Below, piece after piece: positions 47,315 through 63,000 of a stretch of DNA of 64,000 bases. This DNA is from Balanoglossus misakiensis. Lineage: Eukaryota; Animalia; Hemichordata. The stretch lies in contig CM082576.2 in NCBI GenBank assembly GCA_040954595.2, positions 19,329,028-19,393,027 of the forward strand, in the 5' to 3' direction. The position numbers and the translations under genes were made by a program. Position 1 is the first letter of the stretch. Each line of letters begins with the position of its first letter. The notes beneath the pieces were generated by a model. It had not been told where the DNA came from and ran no database searches. It worked only from the letters and a program-made list of their open reading frames with translations.

Positions 47315-47814
47315 TGTTACGCCCTCATACACCCGCATTTTAACCGTTTTGTTTGGTTGCGTAATAAATAAAATTATTGTGGTCCCTGGAACCAAAATTA
47401 TAGCGTACCTCACGTGTTGGAGTCAAGCGGCGATGGCGTTGGAATTTTATTACCTAGATACAACAAATACTATGACGATATTATGATTTTATTACCTAGA
47501 GATGGACATCGTATGATCCAGCATGAAGCATTGAACTTTCTAATTTTAGAAAATGACTCATTGTAAGCTGATGCAATTTTGACTTTAAAATATGAGTATT
47601 GTACACTTTTGAGTTGATTCAACTTGGAGGAGCCTTGAGTAACGGTTCGATGATTAAAGCCTGAGTTGATGATTTGAAATTGAACACTTTGTGTCCGCCT
47701 CAGTTACTGAAAGTATTACGATCCTGAGTGGTACCTCGACTGACTTTAGACTCTACGAACTGACAGTGAGTAAGAGTCTACATCGAAATAACGACGAATT
47801 AGGAGACGGTAACA
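47315..47814 (+). repeat. 3' LTR
   Basis: Direct repeat of 39710-40209; followed by GAAG. Confidence 0.97.
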
Positions 47815-48091
47815 GAAGTATTGAAATAAGCCACTTGTTCATCATTTTTTGTCTGTCAAACGTGTTTATTCGGACAGGGACCGGCCGCCAATGAGTGGTT
47901 TAGGGAGCCCACACGTACACTCTGGTACCTGGACAATTAACAAAGACATGACGTGTGTACCGTCCGGTTCGAAAAGATTGGTTTAAGGTAGTCCTGGTAA
48001 CAGTCATCCTAACGAGGCCAGGGGAGGTCTCCAAGGGCGAAATAAACAAAGCTACCGATGACGAGTCGAATTCGAATCGGACGATGCTTGT

Positions 48092-51000
48092 TTTCGACTT
48101 TGCAAAATCTCAAAATTTCGTCGATTTTTGAAAAAAAAATCATGGGTGAAAATGCATCAAAAAATGAGAAATTTTCGACTTTGCAAAATCTCAAAATTTC
48201 GTCAATTTTAAAAAAAATCATGGATGAAAATCATCAAAAAATGACAAATTTTCGACTTTGCAAAATCTCAAAATTTCGTCGATTTTTGAAAAAAATCATG
48301 GGAGAAAATCATCAAAAAAATGACAAATTTTCGACTTTGCAAAATCTCAAAATTTTGTTGATTTTTGAAAAAAATCATAGGTGAAAATCATCAAAAAATG
48401 ACAAATTTGAAGAAAATCATGGGTGAAAATCATCAAAAAATGACAAATTTTCGACTTTGCAAAATCTCAAATTTTTTTCGATTTTTGAAAAAAGACATGG
48501 GTGAAAATCATCAAAAAATGACAAATTTTCGACTTTGCAAAATCTCAAAATTTCGTAGATTTTTGAAAAAAAACGGGTAAAAATCATCAAAAAATGACAA
48601 ATTTTCGACTTTGCAAAATCTCAAAATTTCGTCCATTTTTAAAAAAAAAACATGGGGGAAAATCATCAAAAAATGACAAATTTTCGACTTTGCAAAATCT
48701 CAAAATTTCGTCAATTTTGAATAAAAATCATGGGTGAAAATCATCAAAAAATGACAAATTTTCGACTTTGCAAAATCTCACAATTTCGTCGATTTTTGAA
48801 AAAAAATCATGGGTGAAAATGCATCAAAAATGAGAAATTTTCGACTTTGCAAAATCTCAAAATTTTGTTCATTTTTGAAAAAAATCATAGGTGAAAATCA
48901 TCAAAAAATGACAAATTTTCGACTTTGCAAAATCTCAAAATTTCGTCGATTTTTGAAGAAAATCATGGGTGAAAATCTTCAAAAAATGACAAATTTTCGA
49001 CTTTGCAAAATCTCAAAATTTTTTCGATTGTTGAAAAAAATCATCGGTGAAAATCGTCAAAAAATGACAAATTTTCGACTTTGCAAAATCTCAAAATTTC
49101 GTCGATTTTTGAAAAAAATCATGGGTGAAAATCATCAAAAAAATGACAAATTTTCGACGTTGCAAAATCTCAAAATTTTGTTGATTTTTAAAAAAATCAT
49201 AGGTGAAAATCATCAAAAAATGACAAATTTTCGACTTTGCAAAATCTCAAAATTTCGTCGATTTTTGAAGAAAATCATGGGTGAAAATCATCAAAAAATG
49301 ACAAATTTTCGACTTTGCAAAATCTCAAAATTTTTTCGATTTTTGAAAAATATCATTGGTGAAAATCATCAAAAAATGACAAATTTTGAAAAAAAAACGG
49401 GTGAAAATCATCAAAAAATGACACATTTTCGACTTTGCAAAATCTCAAAATTTTTTCGATTGTTGAAAAAAATCATCGGTGAAAATCATCAAAAAATGAC
49501 AAATTTTCGACTTTGCAAAATCTCAAAATTTCGTCGATTTTTGAAAAAAATCATGGGTGAAAATCATCAAAAAAATGACAAATTTTCGACGTTGCAAAAT
49601 CTCAAAATATTGTTGATTTTTGACAAAAATCATAGGTTAAAATCATCAAAAAATGACAAATTTTCGACTTTGCAAAATCTCAAAATTTCGTCGATTTTTG
49701 AAAAAAATCATGGGTGAAAATCATCAAAAAAATGACAAATTTTCGACTTTGCAAAATCTCAAAATTTTGTTGATTTTTGACAAAAATCATAGGTGAAAAT
49801 CATCAAAAAATGACAAATTTTCGACTTTGCAAAATCTCAAAATTTCGTCGATTTTTGAAGAAAATCATGGGTGAAAATCATCAAAAAATGACAAATTTTC
49901 GACTTTGCAAAATCTCAAAATTTTTTCGATTTTTGAAAAATATCATTGGTGAAAATCATCAAAAAATGACAAATTTTGAAAAAAAAACGGGTGAAAATGA
50001 TCAAAAAATGACACATTTACGACTTTGCAAAATCTCAAAATTTCGTCGATTTTTGAAAAAAAATCATGGGTGAAAATCATCAAAAAATGAAAATTTTTCG
50101 TCTTTGCAAAATCTCAAAATTTCGTCCATTTTTGAAAAAAAAATCATGGGTAAAAATCATCAAAAATGACAAATTTTCGTCTTTGCAAAATCTCAAAATT
50201 TCGTCGATTTTTGAAGAAAATCATGGGTGAAAATCATCAAAAAATGACAAATTTTCGACTTTGCAAAATCTCAAAATTTTTTCGATTTTTGAAAAAAGAC
50301 ATGGGTGAAAATCATCAAAAAATGACAAATTTTCGACTTTGCAAAATCTCAAAATTTCGTAGATTTTTGAAAAAAAACATGGGGGAAAATCATCAAAAAA
50401 TGACAAATTTTCGACTTTGCAAAATCTCAAAATTTCGTCAATTTTGAATAAAAATCATGGGTGAAAATCATCAAAAAATGACAAATTTTCGACTTTGCAA
50501 AATCTCACAATTTCGTCGATTTTTGAAAAAAAATCATGGGTGAAAATGCATCAAAAAATGAGAAATTTTCGACTTTGCAAAATCTCAAAATTTCGTCAAT
50601 TTTGAAAAAAATCATGGGTGAAAATCATCAAAAAATGACAAATTTTCGACTTTGCAAAATCTCAAAATTTCGTCGATTTTTGAAAAAAATCATGGGTGAA
50701 TAATCATCAAAAAAATGACAAATTTTCGACTTTGCAAAATCTCAAAATTTTGTTGATTTTTGAAAAAAATCATAGGTGAAAATCATCAAAAAATGACAAA
50801 TTTTCGACTTTGCAAAATCTCAAAATTTCGTCGATTTTTGAAGAAAATCATGGGTGAAAATCATCAAAAAATGACAAATTTTCGACTTTGCAAAATCTCA
50901 AAATTTTTTCGATTTTTGAAAAATATCATGGGTGAAAATCATCAAAAAATGACAAATTTTGAAAAAAAAACGGGTGAAAATCATCAAAAAATGACACATT

Positions 51001-54000
51001 TTCGACTTTGCAAAATCTCAAAATTTTTTCGATTGTTGAAAAAAATCATCGGTGAAAATCATCAAAAAATGACAAATTTTCGACTTTGCAAAATCTCAAA
51101 ATTTCGTCGATTTTTGAAAAAAATCATGGGTGAAAATCATCAAAAAAATGACAAATTTTCGACTTTGCAAAATCTCAAAATTTCGTCGATTTTTGAAAAA
51201 AATCATGGGTGAAAATCATCAAAAAAATGACAAATTTTCGACTTTGCAAAATCTCAAAATTTTGTTGATTTTTGACAAAAATCATAGGTGAAAATCATCA
51301 AAAAATGACAAATTTTCGACTTTGCAAAATCTCAAAATTTCGTCGATTTTTGAAGAAAATCATGGGTGAAAATCATCAAAAAATGACAAATTTTCGACTT
51401 TGCAAAATCTCAAAATTTTTTCGATTTTTGAAAAATATCATGGGTGAAAATCATCAAAAAATGACAAATTTTGAAAAAAAAACGGGTGAAAATGATCAAA
51501 AAATGACACATTTACGACTTTGCAAAATCTCAAAATTTCGTCGATTTTTGAAAAAAAATCATGGGTGAAAATCATCAAAAAATGAAAATTTTTCGTCTTT
51601 GCAAAATCTCAAAATTTCGTCCATTTTTGAAAAAAAAATCATGGGTAAAAATCATCAAAAATGACAAATTTTCGTCTTTGCAAAATCTCAAAATTTCGTC
51701 CATTTTTAAAAAAAAATCATGGGGGAAAATCATCAAAAAATGACAAATTTTCGATTTTGCAAAATCTCAAAATTTCGTCGATTTTTGAAAAAAACGGGTG
51801 AAAATCATCAAAAAATGACACATTTTCGTCGACTTTGCAAAATCTCAAAATTTCGTCGATTTTTGAAAAAAATCATGGGGGAAAATCATGAAAAAATGAC
51901 AAATTTTCCTCTTTGCAAAATCTCAAAATTTCGTCGATTTTTAAAAATAGACATGGGTGAAAATCATCAAAAAATAACAAATTTTCGACTTTGCAAAATC
52001 TCAAAATTTCGTCCATTTTTGAAAAAAAATCATGGGTAAAAATCATCAAAAAATGACAAATTTTGAAAAGAAAACGGGTGAAAATCATCAAAAAATGACA
52101 CATTTTCGACTTTGCAAAATCTCAAAATTTCGTCGATTTTTGAAAAAAAATCATGGGTGAAAATCATCAAAAAATGACAAATATTCGACGTTGCAAAATC
52201 TCAAAATATTGTTGATTTTTGACAAAAATCATAGGTGAAAATCATCAAAAAATGACAAATTTTCGACTTTGCAAAATCTCAAAATTTCGTCGATTTTTGA
52301 AGAAAATCATGGGTGAAAATCATCAAAAAATGACAAATTTTCGACTTTGCAAAATCTCAAAATTTTTTCGATTTTTGAAAAATATCATTGGTGAAAATCA
52401 TCAAAAAATGACAAATTTTGAAAAAAAAACGGGTGAAAATGATCAAAAAATGACACATTTACGACTTTGCAAAATCTCAAAATTTCGTCGATTTTTGAAA
52501 AAAAATCATGGGTGAAAATCATCAAAAAATGAAAATTTTTCGTCTTTGCAAAATCTCAAAATTTCGTCCATTTTTGAAAAAAAAATCATGGGTAAAAATC
52601 ATCAAAAATGACAAATTTTCGTCTTTGCAAAATCTCAAAATTTCGTCGATTTTTGAAGAAAATCATGGGTGAAAATCATCAAAAAATGACAAATTTTCGA
52701 CTTTGCAAAATCTCAAAATTTTTTCGATTTTTGAAAAAAGACATGGGTGAAAATCATCAAAAAATGACAAATTTTCGACTTTGCAAAATCTCAAAATTTC
52801 GTAGATTTTTGAAAAAAAACATGGGGGAAAATCATCAAAAAATGACAAATTTTCGACTTTGCAAAATCTCAAAATTTTTTCGATTTTTGAAAAATATCAT
52901 TGGTGAAAATCATCAAAAAATGACAAATTTTGAAAAAAAAACGGGTGAAAATGATCAAAAAATGACACATTTACGACTTTGCAAAATCTCAAAATTTCGT
53001 CGATTTTTGAAAAAAAATCATGGGTGAAAATCATCAAAAAATGAAAATTTTTCGTCTTTGCAAAATCTCAAAATTTCGTCCATTTTTGAAAAAAAAATCA
53101 TGGGTAAAAATCATCAAAAATGACAAATTTTCGTCTTTGCAAAATCTCAAAATTTCGTCGATTTTTGAAGAAAATCATGGGTGAAAATCATCAAAAAATG
53201 ACAAATTTTCGACTTTGCAAAATCTCAAAATTTTTTCGATTTTTGAAAAAAGACATGGGTGAAAATCATCAAAAAATGACAAATTTTCGACTTTGCAAAA
53301 TCTCAAAATTTCGTAGATTTTTGAAAAAAAACATGGGTAAAAATCATCAAAAAATGACAAATTTTCGACTTTGCAAAATCTCAAAATTTCGTCCATTTTT
53401 AAAAAAAAAACATGGGGGAAAATCATCAAAAAATGACAAATTTTCGACTTTGCAAAATCTCAAAATTTCGTCAATTTTGAATAAAAATCATGGGTGAAAA
53501 TCATCAAAAAATGACAAATTTTCGACTTTGCAAAATCTCACAATTTCGTCGATTTTTGAAAAAAAATCATGGGTGAAAATGCATCAAAAAATGAGAAATT
53601 TTCGACTTTGCAAAATCTCAAAATTTCGTCAATTTTGAAAAAAATCATGGGTGAAAATCATCAAAAAATGACAAATTTTCGACTTTGCAAAATCTCAAAA
53701 TTTCGTCGATTTTTGAAAAAAATCATGGGTGAATAATCATCAAAAAAATGACAAATTTTCGACTTTGCAAAATCTCAAAATTTTGTTGATTTTTGAAAAA
53801 AATCATAGGTGAAAATCATCAAAAAATGACAAATTTTCGACTTTGCAAAATCTCAAAATTTCGTCGATTTTTGAAGAAAATCATGGGTGAAAATCATCAA
53901 AAAATGACAAATTTTCGACTTTGCAAAATCTCAAAATTTTTTCGATTGTTGAAAAAAATCATCGGTGAAAATCATCAAAAAATGACAAATTTTCGACTTT

Positions 54001-57000
54001 GCAAAATCTCAAAATTTCGTCGATTTTTGAAAACAATCATGGGTGAAAATCATCAAAAAAATGACAAATTTTCGACGTTGCAAAATCTCAAAATTTTGTT
54101 GATTTTTGAAAAAAATCATAGGTGAAAATCATCAAAAAATGACAAATTTTCGACTTTGCAAAATCTCAAAATTTCGTCGATTTTTGAAGAAAATCATTGG
54201 TGAAAATCATCAAAAAATGACAAATTTTCGACTTTGCAAAATCTCAAAATTTTTTCGATTTTTGAAAAATATCATTGGTGAAAATCATCAAAAAATGACA
54301 AATTTTGAAAAAAAAACGGGTGAAAATCATCAAAAAATGACACATTTTCGACTTTGCAAAATCTCAAAATTTTTTCGATTGTTGAAAAAAATCATCGGTG
54401 AAAATCATCAAAAAATGACAAATTTTCGACTTTGCAAAATCTCAAAATTTCGTCGATTTTTGAAAAAAATCATGGGTGAAAATCATCAAAAAAATGACAA
54501 ATTTTCGACTTTGCAAAATCTCAAAATTTCGTCGATTTTTGAAAAAAATCATGGGTGAAAATCATCAAAAAAATGACAAATTTTCGACTTTGCAAAATCT
54601 CAAAATTTTGTTGATTTTTGACAAAAATCATAGGTGAAAATCATCAAAAAATGACAAATTTTCGACTTTGCAAAATCTCAAAATTTCGTCGATTTTTGAA
54701 GAAAATCATGGGTGAAAATCATCAAAAAATGACAAATTTTCGACTTTGCAAAATCTCAAAATTTTTTCGATTTTTGAAAAATATCATGGGTGAAAATCAT
54801 CAAAAAATGACAAATTTTGAAAAAAAAACGGGTGAAAATGATCAAAAAATGACACATTTACGACTTTGCAAAATCTCAAAATTTCGTCGATTTTTGAAAA
54901 AAAATCATGGGTGAAAATCATCAAAAAATGAAAATTTTTCGTCTTTGCAAAATCTCAAAATTTCGTCCATTTTTGAAAAAAAAATCATGGGTAAAAATCA
55001 TCAAAAATGACAAATTTTCGTCTTTGCAAAATCTCAAAATTTCGTCCATTTTTAAAAAAAAATCATGGGGGAAAATCATCAAAAAATGACAAATTTTCGA
55101 TTTTGCAAAATCTCAAAATTTCGTCGATTTTTGAAAAAAAACGGGTGAAAATCATCAAAAAATGACACATTTTCGTCGACTTTGCAAAATCTCAAAATTT
55201 CGTAGATTTTTGAAAAAAATCATGGGGGAAAATCATGAAAAAATGACAAATTTTCCTCTTTGCAAAATCTCAAAATTTCGTCGATTTTTAAAAAAAGACA
55301 TGGGTGAAAATCATCAAAAAATAACAAATTTTCGACTTTGCAAAATCTCAAAATTTCGTCCATTTTTGAAAAAAAATCATGGGTAAAAATCATCAAAAAA
55401 TGACAAATTTTGAAAAGAAAACGGGTGAAAATCATCAAAAAATGACACATTTTCGACTTTGCAAAATCTCAAAATTTCGTCGATTTTTGAAAAAAAATCA
55501 TGGGTGAAAATCATCAAAAAATGACAAATATTCGTCTTTGCAAAATCTCAAAATTTCGTCCATTTCTGAAACAAAATTATGGGTAAAAATCATCAAAAAT
55601 GACAAATTTTCATCTTTGCAAAATCTCAAAATTTCGTCGATTTTTGAAAAAAATCATGGGGGAAAATCATGAAAAAATGACAAATTTTCCTCTTTGCAAA
55701 ATCTCAAAATTTCGTCGATTTTTAAAAAAAGACATGGGTGAAAATCATCAAAAAATAACAAATTTTCGACTTTGCAAAATCTCAAAATTTCGTCCATTTT
55801 TGAAAAAAAATCATGGGTAAAAATCATCAAAAAATGACAAATTTTGAAAAAAAAACGGGTGAAAATCATCAAAAAATGACACATTTTCGACTTTGCAAAA
55901 TCTCAAAATTTCGTCGATATTTGAAAAAAAATCATGGGTGAAAATCATCAAAAAATGACAAATTTTCGTCTTTGCAAAATCTCAAATTTTGTCCATTTCT
56001 GAAAAAAAATTATGGGTAAAAATCATCAAAAATGACAAATTTTCATCTTTGCAAAATCTCAAATTTTCGTCAATTTTTGAAAAAAATCATGGTTGAAAAT
56101 CATCAAAAAATGACAAAATTTTCGACTTTGCAAAATCTCAAAATTTCGTCGATTTTTGAAAAAAATCATGGGGGAAAATCATGAAAAAATGACAAATTTT
56201 CCTCTTTGCAAAATCTCAAAATTTCGTCGATTTTTGAAAAAAAATCATGGGTGAAAATCATCAAAAAATGACAAATTTTCGTCTTTGCAAAATCTCAAAT
56301 TTTCGTCGATTTTTGAAAAAAAATCATGGTTGAAAATCATCAAAAAATGACAAAATTTTCGACTTTGTAAAATCACAAAATTTCGTCGATTTTTGAAGAA
56401 AATCATGGGTGAAAATCATCAAAAAATGACAAATTTTCGACTTTGCAAAATCTCAAAATTTTTTCGATTTTTGAAAAATATCATTGGTGAAAATCATCAA
56501 AAAATGACAAATTTTGAAAAAAAAATCATGGGTAAAAATCATCAAAAATGACAAATTTTCGTCTTTGCAAAATCTCAAAATTTCGTCCATTTTTAAAAAA
56601 AAATCATGGGGGAAAATCATCAAAAAATGACAAATTTTCGATTTTGCAAAATCTCAAAATTTCGTCGATTTTTGAAAAAAAACGGGTGAAAATCATCAAA
56701 AAATGACACATTTTCGTCGACTTTGCAAAATCTCAAAATTTCGTAGATTTTTGAAAAAAATCATGGGGGAAAATCATGAAAAAATGACAAATTTTCCTCT
56801 TTGCAAAATCTCAAAATTTCGTCGATTTTTAAAAAAAGACATGGGTGAAAATCATCAAAAAATAACAAATTTTCGACTTTGCAAAATCTCAAAATTTCGT
56901 CCATTTTTGAAAAAAAATCATGGGTAAAAATCATCAAAAAATGACAAATTTTGAAAAGAAAACGGGTGAAAATCATCAAAAAATGACACATTTTCGACTT

Positions 57001-60000
57001 TGCAAAATCTCAAAATTTCGTCGATTTTTGAAAAAAAATCATGGGTGAAAATCATCAAAAAATGACAAATATTCGTCTTTGCAAAATCTCAAAATTTCGT
57101 CCATTTCTGAAACAAAATTATGGGTAAAAATCATCAAAAATGACAAATTTTCATCTTTGCAAAATCTCAAAATTTCGTCGATTTTTGAAAAAAATCATGG
57201 GGGAAAATCATGAAAAAATGACAAATTTTCCTCTTTGCAAAATCTCAAAATTTCGTCGATTTTTAAAAAAAGACATGGGTGAAAATCATCAAAAAATAAC
57301 AAATTTTCGACTTTGCAAAATCTCAAAATTTCGTCCATTTTTGAAAAAAAATCATGGGTAAAAATCATCAAAAAATGACAAATTTTGAAAAAAAAACGGG
57401 TGAAAATCATCAAAAAATGACACATTTTCGACTTTGCAAAATCTCAAAATTTCGTCGATATTTGAAAAAAAATCATGGGTGAAAATCATCAAAAAATGAC
57501 AAATTTTCGTCTTTGCAAAATCTCAAATTTTGTCCATTTCTGAAAAAAAATTATGGGTAAAAATCATCAAAAATGACAAATTTTCATCTTTGCAAAATCT
57601 CAAATTTTCGTCAATTTTTGAAAAAAATCATGGTTGAAAATCATCAAAAAATGACAAAATTTTCGACTTTGCAAAATCTCAAAATTTCGTCGATTTTTGA
57701 AAAAAATCATGGGGGAAAATCATGAAAAAATGACAAATTTTCCTCTTTGCAAAATCTCAAAATTTCGTCGATTTTTGAAAAAAAATCATGGGTGAAAATC
57801 ATCAAAAAATGAAAATTTTTCGTCTTTGCAAAATCTCAAAATTTTTTCGATTTTTGAAAAATATCATTGGTGAAAATCATCAAAAAATGACAAATTTTGA
57901 AAAAAAAAACGGGTGAAAATCATCAAAAAATGACACATTTACGACTTTGCAAAATCTCAAAATTTCGTCGATTTTTGAAAAAAAATCATGGGTGAAAATC
58001 ATCAAAAAATGAAAATTTTTCGTCTTTGCAAAATCTCAAAATTTCGTCCATTTTTGAAAAAAAAATCATGGGTAAAAATCATCAAAAATGACAAATTTTC
58101 GTCTTTGCAAAATCTCAAAATTTCGTCCATTTTTAAAAAAAAATCATGGGGGAAAATCATCAAAAAATGACAAATTTTCGATTTTGCAAAATCTCAAAAT
58201 TTCGTCGATTTTTGAAAAAAAACGGGTGAAAATCATCAAAAAATGACACATTTTCGTCGACTTTGCAAAATCTCAAAATTTCGTCGATTTTTGAAAAAAA
58301 TCATGGGGGAAAATCATGAAAAAATGACAAATTTTCCTCTTTGCAAAATCTCAAAATTTCGTCGATTTTTAAAAAAAGACATGGGTGAAAATCATCAAAA
58401 AATAACAAATTTTCGACTTTGCAAAATCTCAAAATTTCGTCCATTTTTGAAAAAAATCATAGGTTCGTCGATTTTTTAAAAAAAAACATGGGTGAAAATC
58501 ATCAAAAAATGACAAATTTTGAAAAAAAAACGGGTGAAAATCATCAAAAAATGACACATTTTCGACTTTGCAAAATCTCAAAATTTCGTCGATTTTTGAA
58601 AAAAAACCGGGTGAAAATCATCAAAAAATGACAAATTTTGAAAAAAAAACGGGTGAAAATCATCAAAAAATGACACATTTTCGACTTTGTAAAATCACAA
58701 AATTTCGTCGATTTTGAAAAAAAATCATAGGTTCGTCCATTTTTTTTAAAAAAACATGGGTGAAAATCATCAAAAAATGACAAATTTTGAAAAAAAAACG
58801 GGTGAAAATCATCAAAAAATGACACATTTACGACTTTGCAAAATCTCATAATTTCGTCGATTTTTGAAAAAAAATCATGGGTGAAAATCATCAAAAAATG
58901 AAAAATTTTCGTCTTTGCAAAATCTCAAAATTTCGTCCATTTCTGAAAAAAAATTATGGGTAAAAATCATCAAAAATGACAAATTTTCATCTTTGCAAAA
59001 TCTCAAATTTTCGTCGATTTTTGAAAAAAAATCATGGTTGAAAATCATCAAAAAATGACAAATTTTCCTCTTTGCAAAATCTCAAAATTTCGTCGATTTT
59101 TGAAAAAAAATCATGGGTGAAAATCATCAAAAAATGACAAATTTTCGTCTTTGCAAAATCTCAAAATTTCGTCCATTTTTGAAAAAAAAATCATGGGTAA
59201 AAATCATCAAAAATGACAAATTTTCGTCTTTGCAAAATCTCAAATTTTCGTCGATTTTTGAAAAAAAATCATGGTTGAAAATCATCAAAAAATGACAAAA
59301 TTTTCGACTTTGTAAAATCACAAAATTTCGTCGATTTTGAAAAAAATCATAGGTTCGTCGATTTTTAAAAAAAAAACATGGGTGAAAATCATCAAAAAAT
59401 GACAAATTTAAAAAAAAAACGGGTGAAAATCATCAAAAAATGACACATTTACGACTTTGCAAAATCTCAAAATTTCGTCGATTTTTGAAAAAAAATCATG
59501 GGTGAAAATCATCAAAAAATGACAAATTTTCGTCTTTGCAAAATCTCAAAATTTCGTCCATTTTTGAAAAAAAATCATGGGTAAAAATCATCAAAAATGA
59601 CAAATTTTCGTCTTTGCAAAATCTCAAACTTTCGTCCATTTTTAAAAAACAATCATGGGGGAAAATCATCAAAAAATGACAAATTTTCGATTTTGCAAAA
59701 TCTCAAAATTTCGTCGATTTTTGAAAAAAAATGTGTGAAAATCATCAAAAAATGACACATTTTCGTCGACTTTGCAAAATCTCAAAATTTCGTCAATTTT
59801 GAATAAAAATCATGGGTGAAAATCATCAAAAAATGACAAATTTTCGACTTTGCAAAATCTCACAATTTCGTCGATTTTTGAAAAAAAATCATTGGTGAAA
59901 ATGCACCAAAAAATGAGAAATTTTCGACTTTGCAAAATCTCAAAATTTCGTCAATTTTGAAAAAAATCATGGGTGAAAATCATCAAAAAATGACAAATTT

Positions 60001-63000
60001 TCGACTTTGCAAAATCTCAAAATTTCGTCGATTTTTGAAAAAAATCATGGGTGAAAATCATCAAAAAAATGACAAATTTTCGACTTTGCAAAGTCTCAAA
60101 ATTTCGTCGATTTTTGAAGAAAATCATGGGTGAAAATCATCAAAAAATGACAAATTTTCGACTTTGCAAAATCTCAAAATTTTTTCGATTGTTGAAAAAA
60201 ATCATCGGTGAAAATCATCAAAAAATGACAAATTTTCGACTTTGCAAAATCTCAAAATTTTGTTGATTTTTGAAAAAAATCATAGGTGAAAATCATCAAA
60301 AAATGACAAATTTTCGACTTTGCAAAATCTCAAAATTTCGTCGATTTTTGAAGAAAATCATGGGTGAAAATCATCAAAAAATGACAAATTTTGAAAAAAA
60401 AACGGGTGAAAATCATCAAAAAATGACACATTTACGACTTTGCAAAATCTCAAAATTTCGTCGATTTTTGAAAAAAAATCATGGGTGAAAATCATCAAAA
60501 AATGACAAATTTTCGATTTTGCAAAATCTCAAAATTTCGTCGATTTTTGAAAAAAAACGGGTGAAAATCATCAAAAAATGACACATTTTCGTCGACTTTG
60601 CAAAATCTCAAAATTTCGTCGATTTTTGAAAAAAATCATGGGGGAAAATCATGAAAAAAATGACAAATTTTCCTCTTTGCAAAATCTCAAAATTTCGTCG
60701 ATTTTTAAAAAAAGACATGGGTGAAAATCATCAAAAAATAACAAATTTTCGACTTTGCAAAATCTCAAAATTTCGTCCATTTTTGAAAAAAAATCATGGG
60801 TAAAAATCATCAAAAAATGACAAATTTTGAAAAAAAACGGGTGAAAATCATCAAAAAATGACACATTTTCGACTTTGCAAAATCTCAAAATTTCGTCGAT
60901 TTTTGAAAAAAAATCATGGGTGAAAATCATCAAAAAATGACAAATTTTCGTCTTTGCAAAATCTCAAAATTTCGTCCATTTTTGAAAAAAAATCATGGGT
61001 AAAAATCATCAAAAAATGACAAATTTTGAAAAAAAACGGGTGAAAATCATCAAAAAATGACAAATTTTCGACTTTGCAAAATCTCAAAATTTCGTCGATT
61101 TTTGAAGAAAATCATGGGTGAAAATCATCAAAAAATGACAAATTTTGAAAAAAAAACGGGTGAAAATCATCAAAAAATGACACATTTACGACTTTGCAAA
61201 ATCTCAAAATTTCGTCGATTTTTGAAAAAAAATCATGGGTGAAAATCATCAAAAAATGACAAATTTTCGATTTTGCAAAATCTCAAAATTTCGTCGATTT
61301 TTGAAAAAAAACGGGTGAAAATCATCAAAAAATGACACATTTTCGTCGACTTTGCAAAATCTCAAAATTTCGTCGATTTTTGAAAAAAATCATGGGGGAA
61401 AATCATGAAAAAAATGACAAATTTTCCTCTTTGCAAAATCTCAAAATTTCGTCGATTTTTAAAAAAAGACATGGGTGAAAATCATCAAAAAATAACAAAT
61501 TTTCGACTTTGCAAAATCTCAAAATTTCGTCCATTTTTGAAAAAAAATCATGGGTAAAAATCATCAAAAAATGACAAATTTTGAAAAAAAACGGGTGAAA
61601 ATCATCAAAAAATGACACATTTTCGACTTTGCAAAATCTCAAAATTTCGTCGATTTTTGAAAAAAAATCATGGGTGAAAATCATCAAAAAATGACAAATT
61701 TTCGTCTTTGCAAAATCTCAAAATTTCGTCCATTTCTGAAAAAAAATTATGGGTAAAAATCATCAAAAATGACAAATTTTCATCTTTGCAAAATCTCAAA
61801 TTTTCGTCGATTTTTGAAAAAAATCATGGTTGAAAATCATCAAAAAATGACAAATTTTCGTCTTTGCAAAATCTCAAAATTTCGTCCATTTTTGAAAAAA
61901 AAATCATGGGTAAAAATCATCAAAAATGACAAATTTTCGTCTTTGCAAAATCTCAAATTTTCGTCGATTTTTGAAAAAAAATCATGGTTGAAAATCATCA
62001 AAAAATGACAAAATTTTCGACTTTGTAAAATCACAAAATTTCGTCGATTTTGAAAAAAATCATAGGTTCGTCGATTTTTAAAAAAAAAACATAGGTGAAA
62101 ATCATCAAAAAATGACAAATTTAAAAAAAAAAACGGGTGAAAATCATCAAAAAATGACACATTTACGACTTTGCAAAATCTCAAAATTTCGTCGATTTTT
62201 GAAAAAAAATCATGGGTGAAAATCATCAAAAAATGACAAATTTTCGTCTTTGCAAAATCTCAAAATTTCGTCCATTTTTGAAAAAAAATCATGGGTAAAA
62301 ATCATCAAAAATGACAAATTTTCGTCTTTGCAAAATCTCAAACTTTCGTCCATTTTTAAAAAACAATCATGGGGGAAAATCATCAAAAAATGACAAATTT
62401 TCGATTTTGCAAAATCTCAAAATTTCGTCGATTTTTGAAAAAAAATGTGTGAAAATCATCAAAAAATGACACATTTTCGTCGACTTTGCAAAATCTCAAA
62501 ATTTCGTCGATTGTTGAAAAAAATCATGGGGGAAAATCATGAAAAAATGACAAATTTTCGACTTTGCAAAATCTCAAAATTTCGTCAATTTTGAATAAAA
62601 ATCATAGGTTCGTCGATTTTTTAAAAAAAAACATGGGTGAAAATCATCAAAAAATGACAAATTTAAAAAAAAAACGGGTGAAAATCATCAAAAAATGACA
62701 CATTTACGACTTTGCAAAATCTCAAAATTTCGTCGATTTTTGAAAAAAAATCATGGGTGAAAATCATCAAAAAATGACAAATTTTCGTCTTTGCAAAATC
62801 TCAAAATTTCGTCCATTTTTGAAAAAAAATCATGGGTAAAAATCATCAAAAATGACAAATTTTCGTCTTTGCAAAATCTCAAACTTTCGTCCATTTTTAA
62901 AAAACAATCATGGGGGAAAATCATCAAAAAATGACAAATTTTCGATTTTGCAAAATCTCAAAATTTCGTCGATTTTTGAAAAAAAATGTGTGAAAATCAT

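Larger units (their letters stand above)
39710..47814 (+). mobile_element. Full-length Ty3/Gypsy LTR retrotransposon (8,105 bp)
   Basis: 500-bp LTRs with TG...CA ends (39710-40209, 47315-47814), GAAG TSD, PBS, PPT, gag, pol in PR-RT-RH-IN order, ORF3. Confidence 0.97.
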
